In this document: piece after piece, positions 13,315-14,649 of the stretch | Numbering within the stretch: position 1 is the stretch's first letter | Layout: each line of letters begins with the position of its first letter | Source: an uncultured Nitrospinota bacterium | Lineage (GTDB): Bacteria > Nitrospinota > Nitrospinia > UBA9942 | NCBI GenBank assembly: GCA_964391545.1 | Contig: CAYMMR010000032.1 | Coordinates: 1 to 14,649, forward strand | Direction of reading: 5' to 3' | DNA length: 14,649 nt | The notes under the pieces: generated by a model | What the model saw: the letters and a program-made list of their open reading frames with translations, nothing else | Told to the model about the DNA's origin: nothing | Database searches by the model: none | Program-made: the position numbers and the translations under genes

Positions 13315-13630
13315 ATGTTTTTATTCCCATCTTCTCTCTTATCCGTTTCTCGAATATCTCCTTTATCATCTTCATCACAGGGTCGGAGGAAATCTTTTCA
13401 AACCGCTTCTCCAAATCCCGAAGCTGCTCTTCGGGGGGCTTTTCTGCAACCCCTGTATCGACAGGATGCCCCTCTACCGTTATCTTCGGAATTCCCATGT
13501 TCGAAAGTCGGGATATAAGTGCATCGCTCAATTCAACACCCTCGCCGCAGAGAACCAGCCCCTTTTCATTCAATACGGATTTTGCCAGCTTCATCCCCGG
13601 TTTTGCCAGACTTAAAGGTATCTTTTGCAT
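13313..13630 (-). CDS. Small protein (about 105 aa) resembling the N-terminal DUF3391-type domain that precedes HD-GYP and other c-di-GMP signalling modules.
   Basis: MQKIPLSLAKPGMKLAKSVLNEKGLVLCGEGVELSDALISRLSNMGIPKITVEG fits the L.pGM.la.dv....G.lL...G..L....i.rL...Gi..i.v pattern. The track ORF's first 14 aa (MFFFSLALTLTCFF, TTG start) are translated palindrome. Confidence 0.5.
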   Translation of the reverse strand: MQKIPLSLAKPGMKLAKSVLNEKGLVLCGEGVELSDALISRLSNMGIPKITVEGHPVDTGVAEKPPEEQLRDLEKRFEKISSDPVMKMIKEIFEKRIREKMGIKT

Positions 13631-13638
13631 AAAAAAAC

Positions 13639-13702
13639 AGGTTAAGGTTAAGGCTAAGGAAAAGAAAAACAATCACTCAACCTCAACCTTAACCTCAACC
13701 TT
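13639..13702. repeat. Imperfect hairpin of AGGTTAAGG / CCTCAACCT modules between the small-protein start and the hflC stop.
   Basis: aggttaaggttaaggctaagg - aaaagaaaaacaatcact - caacctcaaccttaacctcaacctt. Confidence 0.6.
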
Positions 13703-14548
13703 TCATTTCATGTATCTCAAAAACTCGGACTCCGGAGATAAAATAACCGTAGTCTTATCTTTCAGGGATTTTTTATACGCATCGAGTGAGCGGGTAAAGG
13801 TATAAAATTCAGGGTCGGACTGGACAGCATCGGCATATATCTTTATCGCAGATGCATCCCCCTCTCCCTTTGTCCTTTGCTCCTCCCTGTATGCCTCTGC
13901 AAGAAGTATTACCTTTTCCCTGTCGGTCTCCGCCCTTATCTTTGTCGCCTCTTCCTGTCCTTCCGAACGATACTGCATTGCAATCCTCTCCCTCTCTGCC
14001 TGCATCCTTCCGTATATCGCCTTGGCGTTCTCATGGGGGAGGTCTGCCCTCTTTATCCTTACATCCCTTACCTCTATCCCGTAGTCGCCAAATTTCTCAT
14101 TTGTCCTTTTTGTTACAGTCTCCATAATGTCTCCCCTTGTCTCCGATAAGACCTCATGAAGGGTGTGCCGCCCCAATTCTATCCTGAGCTCCGAATAAAT
14201 AATATCATCCAATCTTGCCTGCGCCCCTGTCTCATCTTTCACGGTTATCATGAGCTTTAGCGGGTCTATTATCCTCCATTTGGCATAATTATCCACAAGG
14301 AGATTCTTTTTATCCTTAGTCAGTATTTCGGCGGACGCAGCGTCATAATCCAGAAGTCTCTTATCAAAGAAGCGGGTCTCCTGAAGCATTGGTATTCTGA
14401 AATAAAGACCGGGCTCATAGATAGTATCTATCGGCTTGCCGAGCTGCGTCAGGACTACCTGTTCCGTCTGCCTTACAATAAAGAGAGGATTAAGGAACAT
14501 AAAGAAAATCAGTAACGCACCAATGATTATTAATAAAATATTTTTCAT
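13703..14548 (-). CDS. hflC: HflC, the SPFH/band-7 modulator of FtsH protease.
   Basis: N-terminal TM helix (ILLIIIGALLIFFMF). ...IVRQTEQVV.. LGK..., EPGLYFRIP, VRDVRIKRADLP, AIYGRMQAERERIA, SEGQEEA, GEGDA. C-terminal PESEFLRYMK* matches E. coli HflC ...PDSDFFRYMK. AGGAGGG SD upstream. Confidence 0.9.
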   Translation of the reverse strand: MKNILLIIIGALLIFFMFLNPLFIVRQTEQVVLTQLGKPIDTIYEPGLYFRIPMLQETRFFDKRLLDYDAASAEILTKDKKNLLVDNYAKWRIIDPLKLMITVKDETGAQARLDDIIYSELRIELGRHTLHEVLSETRGDIMETVTKRTNEKFGDYGIEVRDVRIKRADLPHENAKAIYGRMQAERERIAMQYRSEGQEEATKIRAETDREKVILLAEAYREEQRTKGEGDASAIKIYADAVQSDPEFYTFTRSLDAYKKSLKDKTTVILSPESEFLRYMK

Positions 14549-14649
14549 TATTTTCCCTCCTTTCCCTGACCCCTGCCCTGAATTTGTCTAATAGTATCCA
14601 AAGGCAAAAGAGGCAGAACACCAGATTTCCCCTCAACGATATATTTATC
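14548..14649 (-). CDS. hflK: 3' end of hflK (partial; continues beyond the right edge). The stop overlaps the hflC start as TAATG.
   Basis: On the minus strand the frame is open from the window edge: ...DKYIVEGKSGVLPLLPLDTIRQIQGRGQGKEGK*. The VLPLLPLD block resembles E. coli HflK ...LMVLPLDQMLK. Its TAA shares the A of the hflC ATG. Confidence 0.65.
   Translation of the reverse strand, partial: DKYIVEGKSGVLPLLPLDTIRQIQGRGQGKEGK

Noticed and set aside
13270-13805. Plus-strand ORFs of 82 and 102 aa over the small DUF3391-like gene and the AGGTTAAGG palindrome
   Set aside because: They have low-complexity Ser/Leu-rich products, start inside repeats, and are antisense.
13852-14149. Two Pro/Leu-rich plus-strand ORFs inside hflC
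   Set aside because: They are antisense shadows of the charged, coiled-coil-coding region of hflC.
1-14649. Short direct repeats in intergenic regions as possible CRISPR arrays
   Set aside because: The repeat units are only 7-9 nt and contiguous, with no unique spacers. They are organised as inverted arms. No cas genes are present.

Overview
AT-rich (about 40-45% GC by eye) bacterial chromosomal segment. It is gene-dense, with 17 supported protein-coding genes and no rRNA, tRNA, CRISPR or transposase genes. The signal-transduction content (GAF and PAS histidine kinases, stand-alone receivers, REC-GGDEF, HDOD) looks like an anaerobe such as a Nitrospirota or deltaproteobacterium, but that is inference only. 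Gene order, with strand: partial N-terminus of a possible RiPP-type radical-SAM maturase (-); Cys-rich 102-aa protein (-); radical SAM/SPASM enzyme fused to a C-terminal PCP_red-like domain (-); tandem-USP protein with the same C-terminal PCP_red-like domain (-); CheY-like receiver (-); GAF-GAF histidine kinase (-); glycogen synthase glgA (-); GalT-family nucleotidyltransferase immediately upstream of glgA (-); PAS-PAS histidine kinase (+); stand-alone receiver (+); tatA (+); REC-GGDEF with a GGDDF motif (-); HDOD protein (-); small DUF3391-like protein (-); hflC (-); 3' end of hflK (-). Three things stand out. (1) Almost every intergenic gap holds an imperfect palindrome built from a locus-specific tandem 7-9-mer (GGGTCAAGG, GCAATGA, GTGTCAAAG, GTTGAGT, AGGTTAAGG, CACAAAG, ACGAATA...). 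The arms sometimes run into coding termini and create spurious TTG-initiated N-terminal extensions in the ORF track. (2) A cluster pairs a tetrapyrrole-type radical SAM/SPASM enzyme and a tandem-USP protein that share a C-terminal PCP_red (BchB C-terminal-like) domain, next to a Cys-rich small protein and a second, RRE-like radical-SAM start. (3) A galT-like to glgA arrangement hints at a non-GlgC route to or from NDP-glucose. All functional calls rest on motifs read from the translations; no database search was possible.
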